Below, in pieces: positions 1 through 9,723 of a stretch of DNA of 64,000 nt (the stretch's first letter is position 1; each line of letters begins with the position of its first letter). Source of the DNA: an uncultured delta proteobacterium (GTDB taxonomy: Bacteria > Desulfobacterota > Zymogenia > Zymogenales > Zymogenaceae); assembly GCA_963735595.1 (NCBI GenBank), contig CAVTLK010000005.1, positions 448,001 to 512,000 of the forward strand, read 5' to 3'. Under the pieces are notes generated by a model. It was not told the origin of the DNA, searched no databases, and saw only the letters and a list, made by a program, of their open reading frames with translations. The position numbers and the translations under genes are program-made.

Positions 1-1055
1 GGCCATCGACACGAAGAGGTCGTCCTCGCTGTCGGTATTGAGACATATCTTATCGGCCTGTGTGGCGCCGAGACTCGAGTTCGCAGGCCCGTTTGAAGAT
101 CGGCATTTCCCAGATCGAGTGACGTCTGATCCATTTGGCCGCGTGCTTCTGAATCTTGAGGAGGGCGACGCCTGCCGCGTCCGTGGCCACTACGTCCGAG
201 CCCGCCAGCATGATGCCGGCGTACGGGTTTTTCCCCAATGAAGGAAGCGGTTGTACGTGGTTGTTCGAGTCGGGGCCGCCCGTGACGACGAGTTCACGCC
301 CGTCGAGGATGACGAGCTTCGGCGGCGGAGCAAGGGAGTGGATCTCGGCGATCCGCTCCTGAAGGCGCGTGGATGTCAAAGGGTCTTTATCCGGCCCCAT
401 CGGAGGAGGTTGCGGTGAGGCAGCGCGTGGAGGAGGTAGCGGCTTTCGTCATCCATGAAACCGACGTAGCTCTTCATGCCGAGCGTAAAGCCGGCCAGCA
501 CGTGGGTCTTGACGTTGGCCAGGACGATGATGTGGTCGACTTTCGGGGGGAGATTCTGCTGCTGAAGATACGGGTCGTTCTCGTAGAGCATCTTGGGCAT
601 CCGGAACAGGTAGTTTACCCGGCGTCATCTCCCACTGATCGTCCATGTCCGGTTTCGGGTACCGCTCCCTCCAGACGTAGTCGTCAAAATAGATAAGCTT
701 TATGGGAAGGGGGGCGTAGGTCTTGGCGGCCTCCGTGACGGCCGACTCTATGCCGGTTTTTCTGAGTGTCCTTTTCGTATCGCCAAAAAACGACGGTTTA
801 TCTCCAACGAAAATCGCCGAGGGATTCTTCTTGACCAGGAGATCAATCAACATCCTGATGATCTTCGGGTCCGTGGTGGCCGGATAGGGTTTTCCGGAGT
901 TGACGGATGGGCTTGATTAGAACTGAGTCTCCCGGCTTGACAAAAGCCAGTCCTCCCGCAATGTCGATGAGGGTATTGAATTTATCTCTTACGGTTTTTT
1001 CATCGTCTCGTTTATGTTCAGGCACCCGCACGAGGGCGACCTCGATTTCTCTCAT
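1..1055 (-). CDS. DUF362 family protein, frameshifted; probably runs off the left edge
   Basis: Joins ORFs 843..1055, 449..853, 376..600 and 50..400. Motifs: VKPGDSVLIKP, (SVNSGKPYPATTDP), IFVGD, LANVKTHVLAGFTLGMKSYVG, LVILDG..GGP, SDVVATDA. RBS AAGGAGG before ATG 1055. Confidence 0.8.
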
Positions 1056-1147
1056 GGTATTCGTTGTCCTCCTTTTCGGAAATTAGTCATATATACCATT
1101 ATTTTACGGCGTATGAAAGCTTTTTCTGATGTCGACCGCGCCCCGAT

Positions 1148-2214
1148 TCAGAAATCAATCTCGGCCGGATCGACCTCGCGTCCTTCCCGCGCCGATATCT
1201 CCGGCGCCAGGGCAAATTGGAGTACCGCAGAGCGCGGTTTCGCCGGAGAGGATAGGGTCGCCCCCGCTCTTGATACAGGAGAAGAAGTGCCTGCCGGAGT
1301 CGATGAACGAATCGGCCCAGTCGTCCCTCAGGGCGTGGAAGCAGCGCGTCTCCCCGTCCCGATAGAGGACCAGAGACGGCTCCTGGATCAGATTGCCGGT
1401 GCACCGGTTGACGAAGATGACGCCCTCCGTTCCTACCAGCTCCATCTTGTCGTCACCGGCGTAATAGTCCGAATTGACCAGCATGTCGGGGGCAAACGTT
1501 ATGTCGTAGGCCCCGTAGCGGGCGCGCTGCCCTTCGCGGTATTTCCACATGATGAAGGCCGGTGCGTCCACAATGACGTTGGTGTGGTCGATCCAGGCGT
1601 AGACCTTTTCGACCTCCCCGCCGATGTCATAGGCCTGTGAGAACTTGTGGTAACCGTCGTCGAAGACGATGAGGCCGCCCCCTCCCTTTTCGGGTTCCAA
1701 TCCGCCACATCCACGCCTCCCCCGGTATAACCCATCCGCCTTTTCCCGCCGTAGTCAGCCGCATCCTGACGGTTATGAGCGTCCCGATCGCGCCTTCCGC
1801 GACTAGCTGCCTGGCCTTTACATAGGGCGGGTAAAAGACGAAGTTTTCGAATACCTTGAGGAGTACCCCGTTTTCCTTGGCGGCGGCTATCATGATCCGG
1901 TCCTCGGAGACGGCGATGGCCATCGGCTTCTGGACCGAGACGTGTTTCTTGGCCTGGGCGGCCGCCACCGCCATATCCCGGTGGAGGTGGTGCGGCACGA
2001 GCAGTTCGACGGCCTGGATATCGGGGTCTTTGAGGAGCTTCTCGTAGTCCGTGTAGGCCTTATTGGCGCCCCACTGCTCTTTTCGCTGTGCTGCCCGGTC
2101 CGGGTTCACGTCGCATACGGCAAATATCTCGGCATCCGGGCTTCGCTCATACGCCCGGGCGTGCAGGTCGCTGATCCGGCCGCATCCGACGATGGCGAAT
2201 TTGATCTTATCCAT
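1148..2214 (-). CDS. Gfo/Idh/MocA family NAD(P)-dependent oxidoreductase, frameshifted near 1700 and 1235
   Basis: IKFAIVGCGRI Rossmann motif, VPHHLH, KHVSVQKPMA, GGGGLIVFDDGYH. The C-terminus AVLQFALAPEISAREGREVDPAEIDF* is recovered in an alternative frame ending at 1148. Confidence 0.85.
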
Positions 2215-2222
2215 GAGAACCT

Positions 2223-2290
2223 CCATGAATAGGCCGTGAACGGGCCATGAAAGGGGCGTGAAACGACAGATGAAACGATACCGGAAACCA
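2223..2290. repeat. Degenerate 11-12 bp tandem repeat (CCRTGAANRGG-like)
   Basis: TGAA at 2226, 2237, 2248, 2259, 2271 and GGAA at 2283. Units: ccatgaatagg / ccgtgaacggg / ccatgaaaggg / gcgtgaaacga. Confidence 0.55.
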
Positions 2291-2508
2291 TCCGCGGGAG
2301 CGTCCCGACAGGATAGGCATCAGCCTCAATCCGAGGTGCGAGGTTCTCGATTCCGCATCCGAGAAGCGGACGATAACCGTGCCCCATGATACAGGCCGGC
2401 CGTCGGAAAATCAAGCACTTTGGCAAGCACTTTGGATCGGTCGGCCCAATTCGCCGCCCCGGGGCGATGAAACGGGGGATGATTCTTTTCTTGAAAACGG
2501 CCGGATAA

Positions 2509-3564
2509 ATGTATTACGATTTACCAATGTATGTGCGCATCGACGTCGTCTCCTCGGCCGACCCGGAGGACCCGGGTATCCGAGAATCAGGAAGTCCGCG
2601 AGGCGGGCGATCCCTGCGCGGTGGGGGATGTCGTCGTCGGGAGGGTTGCGAGCGTCGGCCGCCACGGGGCAATCGAGACGGTCGAGGGGTTGGAACGCCC
2701 CCTCGGGACGGGAGACTGCTGCTGCGTGGTCCTCGGGCGCCGCTACTCTACGGCGGAATTTTTCGCTGATATACCCGAGCGCCTATCCTCGGGGGAACGG
2801 CTTGACCTGCTGAACGTCGGGGGTATAGCCGGACGCATCATACCGGAAGCGAGCGCCGTTTCCAACCCCACCGTCCTGACCTATATCGGCCACGCGACCG
2901 ATGAGACGGGCAAGAAGCTGTCGACGTTCGATAGTCCGATCGCGCCCGACCCGCTGGATGCAAAGCCCGCCGTAATCCTCGTGATCGGTTCATCCATGGA
3001 TTCAGGCAAGACCACCAGCGCGGCCTTCATCATCCAGATGCTGACTCGGATGAGGGCTTTAAGGTCGGGGGGGCAAGCTGACCGGCACGTCCCGCATGAA
3101 AGACCTCTTCAGGATGAAGACCGCCGGCGCGTTGGAGGTCGTCGATTTTCTCGACGCCGGCTGGCCCTCCACGTACGGCCTGTCGTCGGAAGATCTCGAG
3201 GCGATTCACCGGGCGCTTGTGGGCGAGCTTGCCGGACGGGGGATCGATGTTATCGTGACGGAAGCGGCCGACGGCATTTTCGAGCGGGAGACCGAATAGA
3301 TCCTGTCTTCCCGGCGAGATCATGGATGACGTGACGATGATCGTTGCCTGTGCGACGGACAGTGTCTCGGCCTACGGCATGGTAACCTACCTGGAGCATG
3401 TTCATGGTATCGTTCCCGATTTCATTTCTGGAATCATTACTTCTCTGCCGCTTTTTATGGAAGAGCTGTCGCAGCGGGTGACTATCCCCTTTTTCGTCGA
3501 TTCGGAATCGGTCAGGAAACGCTGCAGAGAGCTGATTACTGGAGGGAGCGCCGGTGTTCGCTGA
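2509..3564 (+). CDS. DUF1611-related P-loop protein, interrupted by frameshifts and a TAG at 3297
   Basis: Joins 2509.., 2531.., 3096..3299 and 3322..3564. Motifs: VLGRRYST, LLNVGGIAG, VIGSSMDSGKTT, GKLTGTSRMKD, DFLDAGWPSTY, VTEAADGIFERET. Confidence 0.65.
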
Positions 3565-4597
3565 ATTGAGGCCCGTCGCGGGCACAAAGGTATCGGATCG
3601 GATCACTATCGCCGAGAGCGCGAGCAGGCAGGATATATGTCTCTACTATTTCGGCCTCTGGGGCGCCAGGAAAGGCCCAACCCTGCTGCTGAACGCGGCG
3701 GTCCACGGCAACGAGGTGGTCGGGGTGGAGGTGGTCAGAACAATCGTTGACAAGATCGATCCGAACAAACTCTCGGGCAACCTCATTGCCGTTCCCATCG
3801 TCAACCCGATGGCCTTTACCTCGGGGCAGCGCTGGGACCCGTACGATAACATCGACATGAACCGGGTTTTCCCGGGGGACCCCGAAGGGACGATGACCGA
3901 GCGCGTCGCCCACAGCTTCTTTACGATCTTCGCCCGGCAGGCGGACTATATCATCGATCTCCACTCGGCGGAGTTTCCCGATGAGCTGATCCCCCATATC
4001 CGCATCCGGGTTGACCGGCCGACAAGGCCCTACCTCGACCTGGTGGCGTCAACCGGCATCAACGCGGTCTGGAAGGGCCCGTCGATCAAGGGGATGCTCC
4101 AGACCCAGGCGTTTCAAAGCAAGATTCCCTGCGTTACCGTTGAGATCGGGGCGGCGGGTGTCATTACGGAGTCCGACGTCCTGGTGGGAACGACGGCCGT
4201 GAAAAACGTTATGGCCGTCCTCGGGATGATCGACGAAAAGGCTTCGATCCCCGATCGGCAGATACTGCTCCAGTCCAATGAAGCATGGATCAGGAGCCCC
4301 TTCGGGGGGATATTCAAACCCGCCATCATGCTGGGGCAGTTCGTCAAGAAGGGAGATATCATCGGCGACATCATTGACCCGACCAGCTACAAGACAGAGG
4401 ATATCGAGTCGCCCCTGTCGGGAATAGTAACCGGAATCAGCCACCAGCCGATCGTTCGCTCCGGGACCCGCCTGGCGATGGTGGTGGATTTCGACAAGAC
4501 CCATCTGAAGCGTCACCTCGTACCTAGTCCGAAACTGCCGAACGCCGAGTACCGTCAAAACGAATACCTTGTGGCGTTGATGAAGGCCCTTTCTTAA
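3554..4597 (+). CDS. Succinylglutamate desuccinylase/aspartoacylase (M14-type) family protein
   Basis: AAVHGNE, PIVNP, DMNRVFPG, IDLHS, TVEIG motifs and a C-terminal biotinyl-like WIRSPFGGIF region. Confidence 0.9.
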   Translation: MFAELRPVAGTKVSDRITIAESASRQDICLYYFGLWGARKGPTLLLNAAVHGNEVVGVEVVRTIVDKIDPNKLSGNLIAVPIVNPMAFTSGQRWDPYDNIDMNRVFPGDPEGTMTERVAHSFFTIFARQADYIIDLHSAEFPDELIPHIRIRVDRPTRPYLDLVASTGINAVWKGPSIKGMLQTQAFQSKIPCVTVEIGAAGVITESDVLVGTTAVKNVMAVLGMIDEKASIPDRQILLQSNEAWIRSPFGGIFKPAIMLGQFVKKGDIIGDIIDPTSYKTEDIESPLSGIVTGISHQPIVRSGTRLAMVVDFDKTHLKRHLVPSPKLPNAEYRQNEYLVALMKALS

Positions 4598-4610
4598 TCG
4601 GGGAGGAACT

Positions 4611-5942
4611 ATGCATACCGGGACCATAGTCGTTGACCGACGCGAGGTGCCGATCCGGGCCGTCGCGGACGTGGTGATAGCGGGCGGCGGGCCGTCCGGC
4701 CTTGCCGCGGCGATAACGGCGGCGCGAAAGGGCCTTTCAGTTGTCCTGATAGAGCGATACGGCTTTTTCGGCGGGCTCGCAACGGCCGGGTCGGTCGGGA
4801 CCATCTGCGGCCTCTACCTTCACCATCCCGACCGGGTTGAATATATCATCGAGGGATTCGCCAAGGAGCTGGCCGAGGCCCTTGTCGGGCGGGCGGGGGC
4901 CTTCGGCCCATTCATACGCCAGGGTTTTACGGCGCTCCTCTATAACCCGTGGCACCTGAAGCGTCTCCTGGACGAGTGGATCGGCCGGGAGAAGAATATC
5001 ACGCCGATGCTGCACAGCTACGTGGCCGACGTGGTACGAAAGGCAGACCGGATCGAGTCACTTCTGGTTGCGAGCCCCGAGGGCCTGTATGCGGTCAGCG
5101 CCGGTATTTATATTGACGCGACCGGAGACGCGTCGGTAGCCATGGCCGCCGGTGTCAGGACCGAAAAGGGCGACTCCCGGGGAGTGGTCATGAACCCCAC
5201 GATGATGTTTACCGTCCAGGGACTTGACCTGATCGCCTACCAGCAGAAGGGTATGGCCCTTCTCAACGACAAAATCCGGGAGGCGATCGCCAAAAAAAGC
5301 TACCCGCTCACGGTGGGCCAGGGGCTGGTCATCCCGACGTTTCGCCAGGGCGAGGCGATGATAAAGCTCTCGTCACTTGCCCGGGACGGGCGCGCGCTGG
5401 ACGGCAGCGTTGTTTCCGACCTCACGTATGCTGAGCTCAAAGGGCGCGACGACGCCGAGGTCACCATGGAATTCCTGAAAAAGGAGATCCCGGGTTTTGA
5501 AAACGCGTTTCTGTCCGATACGGCGGTCCAGGTGGGCATTCGGGAAACGCGCAGGATCGTCGGTAAATACGTCCTGACCGAGGCGGATGTGCTTTCGGGC
5601 AGGAAGTTCCCCGATACCATCTGTCTTTCCTCGTGGCCGCTTGAGAAATGGGAGGACGGCAGGGAGCCGGAGATGGCCTTGCTGCCGGAGGGGCTCTACT
5701 ACGGCGTCCCGTACCGAAGCCTGCTGCCCGCCGAGACGCAGAACCTGCTGGTTACCGGCAGGGCCATCTCAATGGATCACGGTGCGCTGGCCTCCGCCCG
5801 GGTAATGGGGGTATGCATGGCCGAGGGACAGGCGGCGGGCGCGGCATGCGCCCTGGCGGCAGCCAGCGGCGCAGGTCCTTCCGAGGTCGATATGGAACAG
5901 CTGCAGTCGGAGCTGAAAAAGGACGGGGCCCGTCTTTCCTGA
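4611..5942 (+). CDS. FAD-dependent oxidoreductase (FAD_oxidored family)
   Basis: DVVIAGGGPSG, IDATGDA, GIRETRRIVG, YGVPYRSLLP, NLLVTGRAIS, SARVMGVCMAEGQAAG. Confidence 0.9.
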   Translation: MHTGTIVVDRREVPIRAVADVVIAGGGPSGLAAAITAARKGLSVVLIERYGFFGGLATAGSVGTICGLYLHHPDRVEYIIEGFAKELAEALVGRAGAFGPFIRQGFTALLYNPWHLKRLLDEWIGREKNITPMLHSYVADVVRKADRIESLLVASPEGLYAVSAGIYIDATGDASVAMAAGVRTEKGDSRGVVMNPTMMFTVQGLDLIAYQQKGMALLNDKIREAIAKKSYPLTVGQGLVIPTFRQGEAMIKLSSLARDGRALDGSVVSDLTYAELKGRDDAEVTMEFLKKEIPGFENAFLSDTAVQVGIRETRRIVGKYVLTEADVLSGRKFPDTICLSSWPLEKWEDGREPEMALLPEGLYYGVPYRSLLPAETQNLLVTGRAISMDHGALASARVMGVCMAEGQAAGAACALAAASGAGPSEVDMEQLQSELKKDGARLS

Positions 5943-6001
5943 CGCGGCCGGGTGCCCCGGCGACGACGCGCGGGACCCCGGTTCGATTGACGTGACACCT
6001 A

Positions 6002-6688
6002 ATGCATGGATACGGTTTGAGACAGCACACCCATAGCTGGCGCTATCTTTCGCTGCTCGTAATTATATTCCTGAGCGCCTGTACAACGATGCTTCCCGTC
6101 ACGAAGGGGATTCTTCATACGGTTGGGCCAGGAGAGGACCTGTGGCGCATCGCCGATGTATATGACCTGGACCCGAAGATCATTGCGGAGGTAAACGGAA
6201 TATATAATCCGGATGATGTCAACGCCGGCGATACGATATTTATCCCCGGCGCCAAGAAGCCGCTCGTGGTCCCCCCCCTGAGCATCGAGGAATTGGCGGC
6301 CAAGATCCAGAAGGGCGTCTTTGTCTGGCCGGTTCAGGGGATAATTTTTTCGCTTTACGGCCCCCGCTGGGGAAGGCTCCACGAAGGTATCGATATCTCC
6401 GCCCCGCGGGGGACCCCCATCGTCGCGGCAAAGGACGGGATCGTGATCGTGGCGGGGGGTAAGTCGGGATACGGCGGGTACGGGAATCTCGTGGAGATCA
6501 AGCATGACGGCGGCTTTACGACCCGGTACGCCCACCTTTCGGAGACGGTGGTCAAAGAGGGCGACGCGGTCAAGGCGGGAGACATTATCGGGTCCGTAGG
6601 CTGCACCGGAAGGTGCACGGGACCTCATTGTCACTTTGAGATCTTATACTATGAGGTGGCTCTCAATCCGCTCTACTTCCTTCCCTGA
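6002..6688 (+). CDS. LysM + M23 peptidase lipoprotein (NlpD/MepM-like)
   Basis: Lipobox FLSAC, LysM (HTVGPGEDLWRIA..IFIP), M23 motifs HEGIDI, YAHL, GPHCHFE. Confidence 0.9.
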   Translation: MHGYGLRQHTHSWRYLSLLVIIFLSACTTMLPVTKGILHTVGPGEDLWRIADVYDLDPKIIAEVNGIYNPDDVNAGDTIFIPGAKKPLVVPPLSIEELAAKIQKGVFVWPVQGIIFSLYGPRWGRLHEGIDISAPRGTPIVAAKDGIVIVAGGKSGYGGYGNLVEIKHDGGFTTRYAHLSETVVKEGDAVKAGDIIGSVGCTGRCTGPHCHFEILYYEVALNPLYFLP

Positions 6689-6690
6689 GG

Positions 6691-6731
6691 GGCCGTTCAC
6701 GCCGCCGGGGAAAACCGCACCGTGAACGGCC
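6691..6731 (+). terminator. Hairpin after the M23 gene, possible terminator
   Basis: GGCCGTTCACG (6691-6701) / CGTGAACGGCC (6721-6731) perfect 11-bp inverted repeat; no U-tract. Confidence 0.4.
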
Positions 6732-6759
6732 GACCGAACGGGCGAAAGGGTGCGGAGAG

Positions 6760-6788
6760 TTGACATTCGATAAAAATAATCATATCAT
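6760..6788 (+). promoter_or_regulatory. Sigma-70 promoter
   Basis: TTGACA (6760)-17 bp-TATCAT (6783), about 40 bp before ATG 6828. Confidence 0.7.
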
Positions 6789-6827
6789 GATTTCTCTATA
6801 TCCTTAAACAGTTTTGGTCGAGAGACG

Positions 6828-8024
6828 ATGTCGGATAAAGTTTCCGTATATATCGTATCAATGGGAGGAACCCCGGAAGCGGTCCGCGCGTTCATCTCGG
6901 CGTTTTCCTCCAGGTTTAAGATCCCCCCGGAAAGGATGCTGGATTTCAGCAAGAAACTCCCGGTGAGAATCGGCAGTTATGAACTTGAGAAGGCCAGGCA
7001 GTTCGGGATGGAGATCAAGCGAATGGGGGGGGAGGTAAGCCTCCGTCGGATCGAGGCGCAGGAGCCGATACCGGTAGGCACGCCGCCGGGTGGTGAATCC
7101 GCCGATTCCTGGGTTGTTCACGGCCACGCGGAATCCCAGGATGAGCTCAAGAGTATGACCGCGACGGACGGGGGGGCGCCTGGTGAATCCCCGCCCCTCA
7201 ACGAGTATTCGGGCGTATTCGACGACGTTGATCGGGCCCAAACGCCACCGCCCCCGAAGCGGACGATCGGCGGGAAGTTCGAAGCAAAACAAATGTATAC
7301 CGCCGATCAAGCGTTCGGATTGACAAAGGAGCGTTTCGAGAAGGTCAAGAGTCTCTATGCCGCCAAGGAGGCGAAAAAAACGGTAATCGGAAGCCCGGCC
7401 TTTAAGATACTGCTCCTCGTATTTGTGCTTGCCGCCGGACTGCTCCTTTACCAATACAAGGACGAGATCCAGACCCTTACCTTCGGCCTCAAGGAGGTTG
7501 TCGTTTCCGATGCCTATGAGGACCGCCTCCCGGACAAGGTCTCGGTGCCGGCCGACCTTACCGGCAATTACAGCGGAAGGCTCAGCTACACGACAAAGGC
7601 GGGCGAGAGCGCACTCGTGGATGTGACCCTGTTTATCGAGGGGAAGAACGTCCGCGACATCGTCGTAACCGTGTCGTCAACCGATGCCGAAATCGGCCCC
7701 TATCGGCTCAACGTGGAATATGCCCCGGGATACCTCGCATATACCAAGGTGGCAAAGAACGAGACGATCTATACCGTGGAGAACACCTTCCCCACGTCGA
7801 ACAACTCGGTGGGCCGAATCGACGAAAGGGGGAGATTCTCCATCGAGCTGGACGCGATAGATACGGGCGTCGACCCGAACGCGGTCCCCAAGTCCGAGAG
7901 AGATCATCTCGGTAACATGATCTTCCTCAGGATGGAGGGGGCGTTTGCCGGAAACGATACATTCTACGGGGGGATGTTGACCTCCGGCAGCCCGCTCGTG
8001 GGCTGGGAAGCCGGCAAGAAATAG
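6828..8024 (+). CDS. Hypothetical single-pass membrane protein
   Basis: 398-aa ORF with GC3-biased codons. Folded N-terminal domain, acidic/Pro-rich linker, one TM helix (ILLLVFVLAAGLLLY), beta-rich C-terminal domain. Confidence 0.75.
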   Translation: MSDKVSVYIVSMGGTPEAVRAFISAFSSRFKIPPERMLDFSKKLPVRIGSYELEKARQFGMEIKRMGGEVSLRRIEAQEPIPVGTPPGGESADSWVVHGHAESQDELKSMTATDGGAPGESPPLNEYSGVFDDVDRAQTPPPPKRTIGGKFEAKQMYTADQAFGLTKERFEKVKSLYAAKEAKKTVIGSPAFKILLLVFVLAAGLLLYQYKDEIQTLTFGLKEVVVSDAYEDRLPDKVSVPADLTGNYSGRLSYTTKAGESALVDVTLFIEGKNVRDIVVTVSSTDAEIGPYRLNVEYAPGYLAYTKVAKNETIYTVENTFPTSNNSVGRIDERGRFSIELDAIDTGVDPNAVPKSERDHLGNMIFLRMEGAFAGNDTFYGGMLTSGSPLVGWEAGKK

Positions 8025-8131
8025 ACCGATCGATCCGGACGACCGTAGAACCTCCACCGATCCCTCGCGTTATAACCGCATTACCGCTCACCCTTCTCAA
8101 ACTACTGACGACCTCCGGGTACAAAAAGTTA

Positions 8132-8160
8132 TTGCAATTGACTTGCATATGTAATATTAT
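8132..8160 (+). promoter_or_regulatory. Sigma-70 promoter overlapped by a Zur-type operator
   Basis: TTGCAATTGACTTGCAT (8132-8148) has the core palindrome TGCAA-N5-TTGCA. TTGCAA-17-TATTAT (8155-8160). Upstream of zur-znuACB. Confidence 0.65.
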
Positions 8161-8327
8161 TGTATTCATGCCGATCATACAAGGCCGACGGTGACCGCCT
8201 CGCATCACCTGCCGGCGAATAGAAATCGGCACCGCCGAAGATCGGGGATTTTGCCGTTATCGGAGGCTTGTCGACAGGGACGCGTTAACGGGAGCGCGTC
8301 GGAATCCAGGATGGGGGAGGGGTCGCA

Positions 8328-8762
8328 ATGACCGATGACCATTATACAATGGCTGAGCACGAAACGGGCGACGGGCTGTTGAGGGAAACCGGGCTCAGGA
8401 AGACGATCGGCAGGGTCAAGATAGTCGAGCTGCTCATGTCGGCTCAAAGGCCGCTGACCGGCGCCGAGCTCATCGCGCTGCTCGGCAGAGACGCCATGGA
8501 CCCGGCTTCGGTCTATCGGGTGCTTACGGTATTCACCGAACGGCGGATCGTCCATCGGATCGATGGCGCCGATAACGTGTCGCGCTACGCCCTCAATCGG
8601 GGCGCGGCCAACCACCCGCATTTTACCTGCCGCTCCTGCGGGAAAATGGACTGCCTGGAGGAGATTTCGGTGCCGCACCTCGACGTAGGCTCAGAGGGGT
8701 ACGTTGTTGAAGCGGAGAGCCTGGTTCTCTCGGGGCTCTGCGCCCGCTGCAACAAGAAATAG
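8328..8762 (+). CDS. zur: Fur-family regulator, probably Zur
   Basis: GLRKT..R, ASVYRVL, HPHFTCRSCG, C-terminal CARC; directly upstream of a Zn ABC transporter. Confidence 0.8.
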   Translation: MTDDHYTMAEHETGDGLLRETGLRKTIGRVKIVELLMSAQRPLTGAELIALLGRDAMDPASVYRVLTVFTERRIVHRIDGADNVSRYALNRGAANHPHFTCRSCGKMDCLEEISVPHLDVGSEGYVVEAESLVLSGLCARCNKK

Positions 8763-8799
8763 AGGAACCGTGACGACATTGGCGAGGGAGGAAATTCTC

Positions 8800-9723
8800 A
8801 TGAAACCAGCGATGACGCGGTTACTGGCGGTCGGTTGCCTGATTGTTTTAGTCCCGGTTGCCATTGCCCTCGTATCATGCCGTCAGAACGACCAGCCGCA
8901 AGGTAAACTCACCGTCATGACCTCTATTTTCCCGATGTACGACATGGCGCGCGCGGTGGGCGGCGCCGATGTCGATCTCACGCTGCTCACACCCCCGGGC
9001 ACCGAGGCCCATACCTTCGAGCCGACCCCCGCAGACATCGTCCGGCTGGAAAAGGCTGATGTCTTCATCTATAACGGGGCCGACATGGAGCCCTGGGTGG
9101 CGGGGATCCTTTCGGGACTCAGGAACCCGGATCTGTTGGTCGTCGATACGAGTGACGGAATCACCCTCATTGCCGAAAAGGGTGAAGACGGGGGATGGGA
9201 CCCCCACATATGGCTTGATGTTGATAACGCCAAGAAACAGATCGATGCGATAACTGCGGCCTTTGAATCGAAAGACGCCGCGCACGCCGCCGATTATCGC
9301 GGAAGGGCCGAAGTCTACGGGCAAGCGCTCGATGAGGTGGATGCGCTCTATCGGGAGGGCTTAGGCCGCTGCGAAACGAACATGATCGTCTCTTCCGGTC
9401 ATTTTGCCTTTGGCTACCTCGCGTCCCGTTACGGCCTTACCTATACGTCGGTCTACGGCCTTTCGCCGGACGCGGAGCCGACGCCCCGACGAATAGCCGA
9501 GATTATCGATCTGGTCAAGAGCGAGAAGACCCGCTATCTCTTTGCCGAAGAGATGCTTGACCCCAGGCTTACGGAGTCGGTTCGTGAGGAGACCGGGGCC
9601 GAGATCCTGTATGTCTCATCGGGCCATGAGGTTTCGAGGGACCAGTTCGAGCGCGGGGTTACGCTCGTGGACATCATGAAGGCGAACCTTGAAGAATTCA
9701 AGCGGGGTCTCTCATGTCGGTGA
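8800..9723 (+). CDS. znuA: Zinc ABC transporter substrate-binding lipoprotein
   Basis: Lipobox LVSC, EAHTFEPTP, DPHIWLD, HFAFGYLA, EPTP motifs. Start placed at ATG 8800 after a GGAGG RBS. Confidence 0.9.
   Translation: MKPAMTRLLAVGCLIVLVPVAIALVSCRQNDQPQGKLTVMTSIFPMYDMARAVGGADVDLTLLTPPGTEAHTFEPTPADIVRLEKADVFIYNGADMEPWVAGILSGLRNPDLLVVDTSDGITLIAEKGEDGGWDPHIWLDVDNAKKQIDAITAAFESKDAAHAADYRGRAEVYGQALDEVDALYREGLGRCETNMIVSSGHFAFGYLASRYGLTYTSVYGLSPDAEPTPRRIAEIIDLVKSEKTRYLFAEEMLDPRLTESVREETGAEILYVSSGHEVSRDQFERGVTLVDIMKANLEEFKRGLSCR

Noticed and set aside
2421..2436. Sigma-54 promoter TGGCAAGCACTTTGG
   Set aside because: The -12 position is GG instead of the near-invariant GC, and the pattern arises from the 12-bp duplication.
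3297..3299. In-frame TAG as pyrrolysine/readthrough in the DUF1611-like gene
   Set aside because: It lies in an indel-rich patch, looks like an ATG/TAG miscall, and another frameshift follows within ~20 nt. No pyl genes are seen.
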